NCBI GenBank assembly: GCA_025057455.1
Contig: JANWWY010000003.1
Span: 15,821-79,820, forward strand
Reading direction: 5' to 3'
DNA: 64,000 nucleotides
DNA from: Aquificaceae bacterium
GTDB taxonomy: Bacteria; Aquificota; Aquificia; Aquificales; Aquificaceae
This document shows positions 53,533 to 62,815 of the stretch, one piece after another (position 1 is the first letter of the stretch; each line of letters starts with the position of its first letter). A program made the translations under genes and the position numbers. Under the pieces are notes generated by a model. It worked only from the letters and a program-made list of their open reading frames with translations. It ran no database searches and was not told where the DNA came from.

Positions 53533-55218
53533 AAACCCGTTGCTTACGGGCATTCTCCAATCCTTTCCAAAGGACCTTTTTGTAAGCTTTGGACCGATGG
53601 GTGCCTGTTTTCTCTTGTATTCCGCACCCTTTACCAACTTTAGCACTTTTCTTAGCGTGTTCTCTTCAAAGCCCAAGCTCTTTAAATCTTGAAAACCCAG
53701 ACCTTCCTCTATGTAGAGCACGAGTATGCGGTCAAGAAGCTCGTAGGGTGGTAGCGTGTCTTGGTCTGTTTGACCTGGTCTTAGCTCTGCTGTTGGGGGT
53801 CTCAAAAGGACCCTGTGGGGAATGTCTGGCTTTATGCTGTTTCTGTATCTGGCAAGGCTGTAAACCTTTGTTTTGTAAAGGTCCTTTATGGGGGCAAAGC
53901 CCCCAGCCATGTCCCCGTATATGGTACCATAGCCCACCGCAGACTCGCTCTTGTTGGAAGTAGAAAGCACCAGCCATCCGTGCTTATTGGAAAGGTAGAA
54001 AAGTATGTTTGCTCTGATGCGTGCTTGGAGGTTTTCCTCCGCCACGGTAAGCTCCTCAGAGCCAAACACTTCCAGATATACTCTGTAGATGTCCTTTATG
54101 GGATACTCGTAGAGCTCTATGCGGAGGTTTTTTGCAAGCTGGTAAACATCCTCCCTGCTTTCTTCTGAGGTAAACTCCGAGGGCATAAAGACACCTACGA
54201 CCCTATCCTGACCGAGAGCATCCACCGCAAGACAGGCAACCAACGAAGAGTCTATGCCACCAGAGAGACCCACCAAAACCTTGCTGAAGGAATTCTTCTC
54301 CGCATAGTCCCTTATTGCCAAGGTAATAGCCTTGTAGAGCTCCTCCTCTCCCTCTGGACTACTCTCTATACGTCCCTCTAAGATTTTTCTCTTTAGTCCA
54401 CACTCATGGCTGACTGTGTTTATTTTCACGACCCCTTTTTCCCTTAGCCTGATGTCTGTTAGCCTTCTCCTTCTGACCCTATCTATGTCAAGGCTCACCG
54501 TCAAAAGGTCCTCTTCAAAGGCTTTTGCCCTTGAGAGGATTTTACCCTCTGGGTCTACAACCAGACTGCGACCGTCAAACACAAGCTCATCCTGACCACC
54601 CACCAAGTTTACATAAACTAAGTAGGCTATGTTGTCTTGTGCCCTTGCCTTTAAAAAGTTTTCCTTATACTGATACTTTCCCTCGTAATAGGGGGATGCA
54701 TTTATGTTTATAAGTAGCTCACAACCTGCAAGAGCATAGAACCTCTCCCAGCCGTCTGGGTGCCATACGTCCTCACACACAGAAAAGCCAACCTTTACGC
54801 CATCCAATTCCAAAAGGAGAGGCTCTTTACCGGGTCTAAAGTATCTTTTTTCGTCAAAGACCGAGTAGTTGGGTAAAAAGGTCTTTTTGTATACGCCCAA
54901 CAGTCTCCCACCACCTACAATTAGGAGGGCATTGTAAAGGTCTCCATCGTAGTAAGGTGTGCCAAAGACAGCCAAGGATTGCATGTTCCTTGAAAATACA
55001 AGGATTTCCTCAAGAGCTCTATGGCACTCCCTTATAAACTCAAGCCCAAGCAGGAGGTCTTCTGGAGGATAACCGGAGAGGAAGAGCTCTGGAAAGACCA
55101 CCATATGTGAATCTTTGTCCGCCAAACTCCATCCCTCCTTTATTTTGTTAAGGTTATACTTTACATCTCCAACCTTTGGTGCAAGCTGGGCAAGGGTAAT
55201 GTTCACAGGCTCGTGCAT
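53518..55218 (-). CDS. nadE: glutamine-dependent NAD+ synthetase
   Basis: Nitrilase domain (FPEL, K, VCEDVW) plus synthetase domain (GLSGGIDS, ENLQARIR, SNKSE, TIYGD, PPTAELRP.Q.D). Confidence 0.96.
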   Translation of the reverse strand: MHEPVNITLAQLAPKVGDVKYNLNKIKEGWSLADKDSHMVVFPELFLSGYPPEDLLLGLEFIRECHRALEEILVFSRNMQSLAVFGTPYYDGDLYNALLIVGGGRLLGVYKKTFLPNYSVFDEKRYFRPGKEPLLLELDGVKVGFSVCEDVWHPDGWERFYALAGCELLININASPYYEGKYQYKENFLKARAQDNIAYLVYVNLVGGQDELVFDGRSLVVDPEGKILSRAKAFEEDLLTVSLDIDRVRRRRLTDIRLREKGVVKINTVSHECGLKRKILEGRIESSPEGEEELYKAITLAIRDYAEKNSFSKVLVGLSGGIDSSLVACLAVDALGQDRVVGVFMPSEFTSEESREDVYQLAKNLRIELYEYPIKDIYRVYLEVFGSEELTVAEENLQARIRANILFYLSNKHGWLVLSTSNKSESAVGYGTIYGDMAGGFAPIKDLYKTKVYSLARYRNSIKPDIPHRVLLRPPTAELRPGQTDQDTLPPYELLDRILVLYIEEGLGFQDLKSLGFEENTLRKVLKLVKGAEYKRKQAPIGPKLTKRSFGKDWRMPVSNGFLEPL

Positions 55219-55287
55219 TTACATTATTTTAACTGTGCCAGCTTGACTTAAGTTAAAAAGTTTTATAATTTAATTGGAGGTAAGGAG

Positions 55288-55497
55288 ATGTTTATGGAGA
55301 AAAATACAAACGTGCAGGATGAATACATAGAAGAGCTTAAAAGGAAAGGGGCTACTGTAACTGTCTTTTTAACGAGGGGCAACAGAATATCGGGCAAAGT
55401 GCTTGACCACGATAAATACACTCTACTACTTGAAGTAGAAGGTGAACCAAACCTCATATACAAACACGCCATAAGCACCATAGTGCAAGGGGGTTAA
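55288..55497 (+). CDS. hfq: RNA chaperone Hfq
   Basis: NVQDEY, VTVFL..G, LIYKHAIST. Confidence 0.95.
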   Translation: MFMEKNTNVQDEYIEELKRKGATVTVFLTRGNRISGKVLDHDKYTLLLEVEGEPNLIYKHAISTIVQGG

Positions 55498-56603
55498 TGA
55501 AGAGCATAATTGTCGGTATTTTAGAATCTGGCAAGAGAGAAAGTAGAGAGTCCCTTGAGGAGCTAAAGGAACTCCTCAAAGCCTTAGGAGGTCACTGTCT
55601 TGGATACATAATCCAGAAAAAAAGTCATCCAGACCCTCGTTACTATGTAGGTGCTGGAAAGGTGGAGGAGATAAAGCAAGTAGCTGAAGGGACTGGTGCG
55701 GACAGTATAGTTTTTGATGCCTTTTTAAGTCCATCTCAGGTGGCCAACTTGGAAAGGTCTATAGGAAAGAAGATAATGGACCGTGCGGACTTGGTATTGG
55801 AGATATTCTCCAAAAGAGTTCGTTCAAAAACCGCAAAACTTCAGGTGGAGCTTGCAAGACTTACCTACGAGCTTCCGAGACTCTACGGAAGAGGTAAGGA
55901 GCTATCACGTCTTGGTGGTGGTGTAGGGACAAGAGGTCCTGGTGAGCAGGAGGCGGAAATAAGAAGAAGGTGGATAAAGAAGAGAATACAGCAGATAAAG
56001 GAAGAGCTTGAAGAGATAAAAAAGCAAAGGAGAGAGCAGAGAAAAAGAAGAGAAAGTGCGGGAGACCTAAAGGTGGTAAAGGTTGCTCTTGTGGGATACA
56101 CAAACGTTGGCAAGTCGAGCCTTATGAAGGTGCTGACTGGTAGGGAGACCTTAGTGGCTGACATGCCCTTTGCTACCCTTGATACAACCACATCAGCAAG
56201 GTTTTTGTTCCCAGATATAAAGGTCTTGGTGACCGATACGGTAGGTTTTATAAGAAGACTGCCTCCAGAATTGGTGGAATCTTTTAAAGCTACACTTGAA
56301 GAGGTTCAGGAAGCGGACATAATTTTGCACGTTATAGATATATCGGACAAAAACTGGATGGAGAAAGTAAAGGTGGTAAGGGACATACTCAAAGACCTCT
56401 CTGCGGAAGAAAAGCCAGTTATATATGTTTTTAACAAGGCGGACAAGGTCGTAGAAAGAGAGGAGGAAGTAAAGTATCTAACAGAACCTGCCTTCATGGA
56501 AAGCAAGTCTGTGGTAGTATCCGCAGTAAAGGGTTGGGGAATAAAGGAGCTTTTTGAAGCCATAAGGGAAAAGGTAGAAGAACTTCAGGGAGCAGTAGGA
56601 TGA
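55497..56603 (+). CDS. hflX: GTPase HflX
   Basis: LQVELA, GTRGPGE, GYTNVGKSS, FATLD, DTVGFI, NKAD, SA. Confidence 0.97.
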   Translation: MKSIIVGILESGKRESRESLEELKELLKALGGHCLGYIIQKKSHPDPRYYVGAGKVEEIKQVAEGTGADSIVFDAFLSPSQVANLERSIGKKIMDRADLVLEIFSKRVRSKTAKLQVELARLTYELPRLYGRGKELSRLGGGVGTRGPGEQEAEIRRRWIKKRIQQIKEELEEIKKQRREQRKRRESAGDLKVVKVALVGYTNVGKSSLMKVLTGRETLVADMPFATLDTTTSARFLFPDIKVLVTDTVGFIRRLPPELVESFKATLEEVQEADIILHVIDISDKNWMEKVKVVRDILKDLSAEEKPVIYVFNKADKVVEREEEVKYLTEPAFMESKSVVVSAVKGWGIKELFEAIREKVEELQGAVG

Positions 56604-57892
56604 AAAAAGACCTTGTTATTCTTGGTGCTCAGTGGGGCGACGAAGGAAAAGGTAAGGTGGTAGACCTGCTGTCCGCAGAGTTTGATGCGGTGGTCAGATA
56701 CCAAGGCGGGAGCAACGCAGGGCATACGGTTATAGTGGGTGGAGAAAAGTTTGTGTTACACCTTTTGCCCACAGGCATACTTCACCAACACACCATAGGT
56801 ATAGTGGCACAGGGTATGGTAGTTGACTTAGAGCTCTTGGTGGATGAAATAGAGGGCTTAGAGAAAAGAGGACTAAGTGTCTGGGAGAGGATTTTTGTGA
56901 GCGATAGGGTACACCTCGTTATGCCATACCACAAGGTTCTTGACTCATTGTTTGAAAGAAAAGGAAAAATAGGCACCACTCTTAGGGGAATAGGTCCATC
57001 ATACATGTTCAAGTACGGCAGGAAAGGCATAAGAGTCTGCGACCTTGAAGACAAAGACAGAACCTACAAGCTCATGAAGGAAAACTTGGAGTTTGTCCAA
57101 GACCTTTGCGAGAAGGTCTACTGTGAAAATCACTCTTTGGACTTGGACGATATGTTTGAAAGGACGATGGAAAGCTACAAAAGTATAAAGGAGAGGGTAG
57201 TAGATACAACACGCTGGCTTTTGAAGTTTGAGGGAAGGGTTCTCTTTGAGGGTGCGCAGGGCACAATGTTAGACATAGACATGGGCACATATCCATATGT
57301 GACCTCTTCCAACGCTTCCGCTCTTGGGCTTTCTAACGGCACCGGACTTCCACCCAAGTATTTTTCACAATCAGATTTTTGGGCGGTCTCAAAGGCTTAT
57401 ACCACGCGCGTGGGCGAAGGTCCCTTTCCTACAGAGCTTACGGACGAGACAGGTCTTATGCTAAGGGAAAGAGGTGGCGAGTACGGTGCTACCACCGGAA
57501 GACCAAGAAGGTGCGGATGGCTTGACCTTGTGGCACTAAAGCACGCGGTAGAGGTAAACGGTTTGGATGGTATTATTCTTACCAAGTTGGATGTGCTGGA
57601 CCAGTTTAAAGAAATAAAGGTTTGTGTGGCTTACGAAGAGGACGGAAAGGTTTTTGAAAGCTTTCCAGCGGGCTTGACTACTCTTTCTAAGGTAAAACCC
57701 GTATACAAGAGCTTTAGGGGTTGGTTGAAGGATACAAGGGGGGCAAAGAGCCCCTCGGAGCTTCCAGAGAATGCCTTGAGCTACGTTCAGTTTATACAGG
57801 ACTATTTGGGTGTGCCCGTGGTTATGCTCTCTACGGGACCAGAAAGGGAGGAGTACTTCTGGCTTTGCCAGCCGGCGTGGAAGGAAGTGTAG
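56600..57892 (+). CDS. purA: adenylosuccinate synthetase
   Basis: GAQWGDEGKGK, GGSNAGHT, EGAQG, YPYVTSS, TTGRPRRCGW, TKLDVL. Confidence 0.97.
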   Translation: MKKDLVILGAQWGDEGKGKVVDLLSAEFDAVVRYQGGSNAGHTVIVGGEKFVLHLLPTGILHQHTIGIVAQGMVVDLELLVDEIEGLEKRGLSVWERIFVSDRVHLVMPYHKVLDSLFERKGKIGTTLRGIGPSYMFKYGRKGIRVCDLEDKDRTYKLMKENLEFVQDLCEKVYCENHSLDLDDMFERTMESYKSIKERVVDTTRWLLKFEGRVLFEGAQGTMLDIDMGTYPYVTSSNASALGLSNGTGLPPKYFSQSDFWAVSKAYTTRVGEGPFPTELTDETGLMLRERGGEYGATTGRPRRCGWLDLVALKHAVEVNGLDGIILTKLDVLDQFKEIKVCVAYEEDGKVFESFPAGLTTLSKVKPVYKSFRGWLKDTRGAKSPSELPENALSYVQFIQDYLGVPVVMLSTGPEREEYFWLCQPAWKEV

Positions 57893-58458
57893 AGGGTAGA
57901 AGTATAAGGGGGAAAATTAGGCTTTTCCTCAACCTTTTAAGCCTTTCCCGAATTCCAACGGGTTTTCTGTTTTTGGTTTTATTGGTAGAAGGAAGGCTGT
58001 TTCTGAGTTTTCTGGTTTTTTTGATAGGTGCATTCAGCGATAAGCTGGACGGCTTCTTTGCCAAGAAATACCGCATAGAAAAGGATGAGGTAGGAAGGGT
58101 AATAGACCCAGTTTCAGATAGAGTTTTCGTGGTGCTTTCCTTCTTAGCCCTTTACCTTGCTCCTTTAAGGGTTGACGTAAGCTGGTGGGCTGTTCTTTTT
58201 ACCGTTGGACAGGACTTTCTCCTTGCACCCATAGGTGCCTATGCCACCTTAAAAAAGCGTAGGATAGTAGTTTCCGTATTTGGAAAGCTTTCTACCCTTT
58301 ATCAATATCTCTTTGTGCCTTTTGTCCTTCTTGTAAACCTTTACAGCCTTCATATAAGCTTGCTGTATGCTGAGCTTCTTCTCATACTATTCAATCTTTT
58401 GTCCGCAGGACATCATGTATACCTTTGGCTACTAAAAGAGAAGAATGAGGCTTTTTGA
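57877..58458 (+). CDS. CDP-alcohol phosphatidyltransferase (PgsA-like); start approximate
   Basis: NLLSLSRI, SDKLDGFFAK, GRVIDPVSDR (DG..AR...G..LD..D motif), GKLST; in-frame GTG at 57877 preferred over 57721, which overlaps purA. Confidence 0.8.
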   Translation: MEGSVEGRSIRGKIRLFLNLLSLSRIPTGFLFLVLLVEGRLFLSFLVFLIGAFSDKLDGFFAKKYRIEKDEVGRVIDPVSDRVFVVLSFLALYLAPLRVDVSWWAVLFTVGQDFLLAPIGAYATLKKRRIVVSVFGKLSTLYQYLFVPFVLLVNLYSLHISLLYAELLLILFNLLSAGHHVYLWLLKEKNEAF

Positions 58459-59479
58459 TTCTCCTTATGTTCTCTTTTAGCCTTTGCCTCAGTTCCTCAC
58501 TTTTTAAAAAGTAACCAAGAACCCTTGCAAGCTCCCCTCTGTGGTAGGCTACCATACCTGCTTCGTTTTTAAGAAGATATAGGGCGTTGTAATACTCTTG
58601 CCCTGGTAAAGGTTTGTAAATTAGCATGGGGGTTTCCGAGGCAAGAGCCTCGGAGGTGGTTATACCTCCAGCCTTTGATATGAGCAGAAAAGACCTTCCC
58701 ATAAGCTTAGCCATCTCCTCGTGGCTTAGTATGCCTCTTACAGCCTGAATCTTCTTAAACCTTTGGCTTACTCTCCCGTAAAGTCTATCGTCACTACCGC
58801 ATAGAACCATAGCCTCAAGGTTCTTGGGTAAGAGGTCTTCAACCACTTGACATATTTCTTCCACAGATGGAGTCATCCCAAACATGCCAGCACTTATGAG
58901 AAGAAGGTCTCTTTCTTCCTGTTTGTATCTATCAAACTCTGGGTTTATGGGTATTCCAGTTACCTCAATTCTGTTGCAGGATACGCCTTTCCTGTATAGG
59001 TGAAACTTCACTTCGTGAGAAGGGACAAAGTAAGCATCCATGCGGTCGTGAAGCCACTGAACATGGGCTACAAAGTCAGTTATTACCACAAAGCTTTTGG
59101 GCACTACAAAGCCCTTTTCCTTGAGAATTCTAAGCATGCCAGCATAAGTGGGGTAAACAGCTACAACACCCTCTGGCTTTTCCTCTTCCAAGAGTTCTCT
59201 TAGCTCCTTAAGTCCTGGCAGGGAAAGGAGACGCACCAACAGGCTATCCTTTTCAAGGTCGTAGGTAGAGTTGTAAAAAAGCCCGTAGAGCTTGGGAAAA
59301 TACTTCATCATGTAAACGTAAAACCTTGCGTTAAGGGCGTTGAGCCTTGGGTTTAGAAGGTGGTAGGGGTCTTCCAGCCTGACCTTTGCGGAGAAGTTTT
59401 CCTCAAGGCTCCTCTTTAGAGCTCTTGCCACACTGTTATGCCCGCCACCGAAGGAAGAGGTAAGTATGAGTATTTTCAT
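58391..59479 (-). CDS. MGDG synthase/UgtP-like diacylglycerol glycosyltransferase
   Basis: SFGGGHNSVA, VITDF..H..W, GIPI, ISKAGGITTSEA, PLPGQE..NA. Confidence 0.85.
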   Translation of the reverse strand: MKILILTSSFGGGHNSVARALKRSLEENFSAKVRLEDPYHLLNPRLNALNARFYVYMMKYFPKLYGLFYNSTYDLEKDSLLVRLLSLPGLKELRELLEEEKPEGVVAVYPTYAGMLRILKEKGFVVPKSFVVITDFVAHVQWLHDRMDAYFVPSHEVKFHLYRKGVSCNRIEVTGIPINPEFDRYKQEERDLLLISAGMFGMTPSVEEICQVVEDLLPKNLEAMVLCGSDDRLYGRVSQRFKKIQAVRGILSHEEMAKLMGRSFLLISKAGGITTSEALASETPMLIYKPLPGQEYYNALYLLKNEAGMVAYHRGELARVLGYFLKSEELRQRLKENIRRIKKPHSSLLVAKGIHDVLRTKD

Positions 59480-60207
59480 CTGAGAGCTTTTATTATAAAG
59501 GCAAACATTCCCGCAAGTGCCTGCAAAAATACTATGCTGTATCCTGTTGGTAGGTCAATGTTGAAGGATACAGCTACTGCAACAAGATTTATCAGCGTCC
59601 CATAAACCCACGCAAAGACGATTCCCTTTTGAAAAAGCAAAGAGACTATGGCCGGTCCCAAAAGCAGTGCAAAGACCACCAAGACGCCCACAAGGCTTAC
59701 AGAGCTTGCCAAAGTTAAAGAAAAGAGCACGAAAAAAGAGAGCTCCTTCAAAATACCCTCCAGCCTAGCGCGAAGGTATAGCAAAAGACCTATTACTGCG
59801 TAAAGGAGTGCACTCTTTAGCACGCCAGAAAAGGGAACAAGCAGGACATCACCGGCGGTAAGCTTCCTTATCTCCTCCATGCCGTGTGGGGAGTGTGTAA
59901 GGAGGAGAACCACTCCAGAAACGCCTAAGGCATACAAAAGACCCACAAAGGCTTCCGCATACTCTTTCAGTCTCTGCGAAAAGGCTATAAGAAGGCTGGC
60001 AAAGAGGCTAAAAAGGAGGGTAAGAACAAAGGCACCTTCCCCGTGCATTAGCACCAAAGAAAGGGCGTATCCAAGTGCGGAAAACTGCGCCACCGCAATG
60101 TCAGCAAAGATGATGCCACGCTTTATTATCTCCCTTCCAAAGTGTGCGTGTATGCCCACAAGAACCACAGAAAGCAATAGGCTTGAAAGAAACAAGTCCC
60201 ATATCAC
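59476..60207 (-). CDS. metal ABC transporter permease (ZnuB/MntB-like)
   Basis: R.IIFADIAVAQ..ALG, GLLYAL, VGVLVVFALL; hydrophobic; follows the binding-protein gene. Confidence 0.8.
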   Translation of the reverse strand: MIWDLFLSSLLLSVVLVGIHAHFGREIIKRGIIFADIAVAQFSALGYALSLVLMHGEGAFVLTLLFSLFASLLIAFSQRLKEYAEAFVGLLYALGVSGVVLLLTHSPHGMEEIRKLTAGDVLLVPFSGVLKSALLYAVIGLLLYLRARLEGILKELSFFVLFSLTLASSVSLVGVLVVFALLLGPAIVSLLFQKGIVFAWVYGTLINLVAVAVSFNIDLPTGYSIVFLQALAGMFAFIIKALR

Positions 60208-61085
60208 ACAGACAACCTCCTAAGTATCTCATCAAAAAGCGAGAAAATATCCCTTGCGTTTTCAATGCCAACGTCCTGAGGCAAAACTACCACTTTAATG
60301 CCCAGCTGATTGGCAAAGTTTTGAGAATTCCTATCCCCTTTTCTAAAGGCTTCCAGCACTATGAATTTTACACCCTTATTTTCCGCCTCCTTTTTGAGCC
60401 TTTCTAAATGTTTGGGTGTGGGTGGTATGCCGGGCAAAGGTTCAAGTGTTCCAACTGTTTCTATTCCGTAGCGTCTAAAAAGATAGTCGTAGGTTTTGTG
60501 ATACTGCACAACTTTTAGACCTTTGAGCTGTAAAAATCCAGCATCCCACTCTTTCAGCCTTGCCTTCCACCTTCTTTGGAAGTCCTCAAAGTTTGACCTA
60601 TAGTAGGTGCAGTTTGGAGAATCTAATAGGCACATTCTCTCCACTATGGCACTTGCCAAAGATGGTATGTTATGCGGGTCCAAAAAGTAGTGGGGGTTTC
60701 CCTCTGGATGCACATCTCCCATCTCCCTTGAGACCCTTTCGGGTTTTTCTATGAGCTCCACAAACTGAGAAAGGTCAAGAAAACCCTGTCTCCCTGGCTG
60801 CACTTTTGGATTGTTGGACTGCTGAAGAAGTGGGGGCAGAAAGCCTATTTCGAGGCTTGCACCGTTTATCACCAACAGGTCTGCACTTCTTAGCTTTGCT
60901 ATGTGCGTGGGTCTTGGCACGACAAAGTGAAAGTCCTCCGTGGGCTTTGCTATAACATGGAGGGTTATCCTGTCCCTGCCAACTTCTCTGAATATATCAC
61001 CTATCCACGGATATGTGGTAACAACTCTAAGCTGGGCAAGGGAAAAGCTAAGAGAGAGCAGTAAAAGGGCAAAAACTCTAAGCAT
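60204..61085 (-). CDS. metal ABC transporter substrate-binding protein (ZnuA/cluster A-I)
   Basis: Signal peptide, EDFHF, GASLE.GFL, DVHPEGNPHYFLDP, YHK, EPLPGIPPTPKHL; SD GGAGGTG favours ATG 61085. Confidence 0.9.
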   Translation of the reverse strand: MLRVFALLLLSLSFSLAQLRVVTTYPWIGDIFREVGRDRITLHVIAKPTEDFHFVVPRPTHIAKLRSADLLVINGASLEIGFLPPLLQQSNNPKVQPGRQGFLDLSQFVELIEKPERVSREMGDVHPEGNPHYFLDPHNIPSLASAIVERMCLLDSPNCTYYRSNFEDFQRRWKARLKEWDAGFLQLKGLKVVQYHKTYDYLFRRYGIETVGTLEPLPGIPPTPKHLERLKKEAENKGVKFIVLEAFRKGDRNSQNFANQLGIKVVVLPQDVGIENARDIFSLFDEILRRLSV

Positions 61086-61290
61086 GTCCTTCACCTCCTT
61101 TAGCCTTTTTTTCTCCCCTTTCCCTGCCCCTGAGGAGTTTCTTCGTCCCTATGTACAGAGCAAGCCCCACTATACTGGCAGAGGTTCCCAAGCACGCAGG
61201 ACAGCTCCCGCATCCGCAGGCGGAGAATACTCCAAGAGTCCCTGCGTAGGGAAGTAGGGGAAGAACCTTTACAAAAACAACTTTTCTCAT
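61078..61290 (-). CDS. small Cys-rich membrane protein (70 aa, CGCGSCPAC)
   Basis: ATG at 61290; two hydrophobic segments flanking a Cys cluster, basic tail, stop overlaps the SBP start; exactly fills the operon gap. Confidence 0.65.
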   Translation of the reverse strand: MRKVVFVKVLPLLPYAGTLGVFSACGCGSCPACLGTSASIVGLALYIGTKKLLRGRERGEKKAKGGEGHA

Positions 61291-61327
61291 AGCCCTTAAA
61301 GATGGGCCCCCTGAGGCCCCAATGGAG

Positions 61328-62743
61328 TTAGAAAGGATGCGCACCGTGAGCTCCTATGGCAAAGTTAAACTGGAGAATCACCTCCTTTACGGGTTTTCTC
61401 TTTCCGTTTTCGTAAAAGGCTCTGTTTTCTCCCACCTGAAGCCTTATGCGCGAAAACTCCGTGGGAGAGTATTCTATCATGGCATAGTATGCAGGCAGGT
61501 TGTCGGGCGTTGATACCTTATTTCCTCCTACCTTTACATCGTTTTTATTTATAAGCTCGTACCTTAAGCCTGCCCTCCACTGTTTGTGAAACCTTCCCAC
61601 CAGCTGTGCGTAAAATCCCGATTGCTTCTTATTCACACCCTTTTGCTCAAGCCCGCCATTTTCAAACTCGTATTCTGTTCCGTCTTGGTCTCTGAACATG
61701 TATTCTCCCTGAAGAGCTATGTATCTTACGCTGTCTATCTGGTAGCGTGCGGTAAGGTCAAGACCATAGAGCTTAGTCTTTGCGTCCAGTCCGTGGTCAT
61801 CGTGAGCGTGCCTGTGTTTACCCTGAGCGTAGGAAAGTCCTGCAAGTAGCGACAGATTGCCAAGGTCAAAGGAAGTCTTCACGTAGCCAAGGTAAAGGTT
61901 AGGAACTGGTTTATCTTCCACCTTGAAGGTGTTGTGGGTGTTGGGGTCTTCAATCTCAAAGCCCTTGTATCCAAAGCTCTGCTCGTTTTCTCCCTGAAGG
62001 ACTTCCGCACCCAACAGAAGATAAAAGGGCGTGGGAGCAAGCCAGTTTATACCAATACCTTTTTCCACAAGTCCATCGTCACCCAAAAAGACCTTGTTGG
62101 GAAGGGGTTGATGGGCAAAGTCCCAAGCATGAGGATGCTGAGCGTTTAACCTTCCAAAGGAGCTTCTAAATTTACCCACCTTTAGCTGAAAACCGCCTGG
62201 GAGACCTCTGGTTACCGCATAGGCTTCTTCCACTTTTGCACCGTCCTCAGAGAAGGGTATGGTAGCGTAAAGGTCAAAGTAAGGGTCAACGGGTGCATAC
62301 AGGTAAAGCTCTCCGTAGTTTAGGTTAAAGCCTCTCCTTTCGTTCAGTAGCCCGTGTCCGTGCTCATCGTCGTGCCTGTGCCAGAGTCTTGGAATTTTCA
62401 GCTCCTTATACTCCTCGTCTTTTCTGTTTCTGCCCACTGCGGAAAAGTCTAATATGAAGGATATGTCAGGAAGGAATGCGGTCTGTTTAAAAGGTGAGAC
62501 CTGATAGGCTTTTAGCCTGTCTTCAAACTTGCTTCTGAGCTGTAGGCTTCTGTCCGCTGGTGAAGGTCTTGTGGTTTCCTTTACTTCTGGCTTTGCTTGC
62601 TGAGACTTTTCAAGAGTTTCAATCTTTTTCTCAAGCTCTCTTATAAGCCTTCTCTGCTCTTCCAGCTGACGCCTAAGCTCCTGAAGGTTTTCCTGAGCAA
62701 AGGAAAGGCTAAAGATACCAAGTATTAAAAGGGTGTTCCTCAT
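61328..62743 (-). CDS. His-rich outer-membrane beta-barrel metal channel/receptor with N-terminal coiled coil
   Basis: Signal peptide, coiled coil, His clusters (HRHDDEHGHG, HRHAHDDH), QHPHAWDF, C-terminal GAHGAHPF; SD AAGGAGGT 7 nt before ATG 62743. Confidence 0.8.
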   Translation of the reverse strand: MRNTLLILGIFSLSFAQENLQELRRQLEEQRRLIRELEKKIETLEKSQQAKPEVKETTRPSPADRSLQLRSKFEDRLKAYQVSPFKQTAFLPDISFILDFSAVGRNRKDEEYKELKIPRLWHRHDDEHGHGLLNERRGFNLNYGELYLYAPVDPYFDLYATIPFSEDGAKVEEAYAVTRGLPGGFQLKVGKFRSSFGRLNAQHPHAWDFAHQPLPNKVFLGDDGLVEKGIGINWLAPTPFYLLLGAEVLQGENEQSFGYKGFEIEDPNTHNTFKVEDKPVPNLYLGYVKTSFDLGNLSLLAGLSYAQGKHRHAHDDHGLDAKTKLYGLDLTARYQIDSVRYIALQGEYMFRDQDGTEYEFENGGLEQKGVNKKQSGFYAQLVGRFHKQWRAGLRYELINKNDVKVGGNKVSTPDNLPAYYAMIEYSPTEFSRIRLQVGENRAFYENGKRKPVKEVILQFNFAIGAHGAHPF

Positions 62744-62746
62744 GTT

Positions 62747-62815
62747 GGGCACCTCCTTTTTAGTTTTTTTGGATTTAGGTGAGGTTATGCTTACGCTATA
62801 GGTAAGGAGGTGCCC
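62747..62815 (-). promoter_or_regulatory. anti-SD/SD hairpin: leader RAPP codons pair with the SD of the channel gene
   Basis: Perfect 12-bp inverted repeat. On the mRNA, GGGCACCUCCUU (62815-62804) pairs with AAGGAGGUGCCC (62758-62747); 45-nt loop. Confidence 0.8.

Noticed and set aside
57721-57876. N-terminal extension of the PgsA-like ORF as given in the ORF track
   Set aside because: Overlaps purA in another frame; family-like sequence begins only after about 57877
55288-57892. hfq-hflX-purA cluster as something unusual
   Set aside because: hfq-hflX linkage is widespread and purA proximity is known from other bacteria; ordinary synteny
61322-61513. 63-aa alternative-frame ORF inside the OM channel 3' end
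   Set aside because: Same-strand out-of-frame overlap with a conserved C-terminus; no SD and no motif
62744-62752. GTG start at 62752 for the OM channel
   Set aside because: The GTG is part of the SD itself (AAGGAGGTG); ATG 62743 has proper 7-nt spacing
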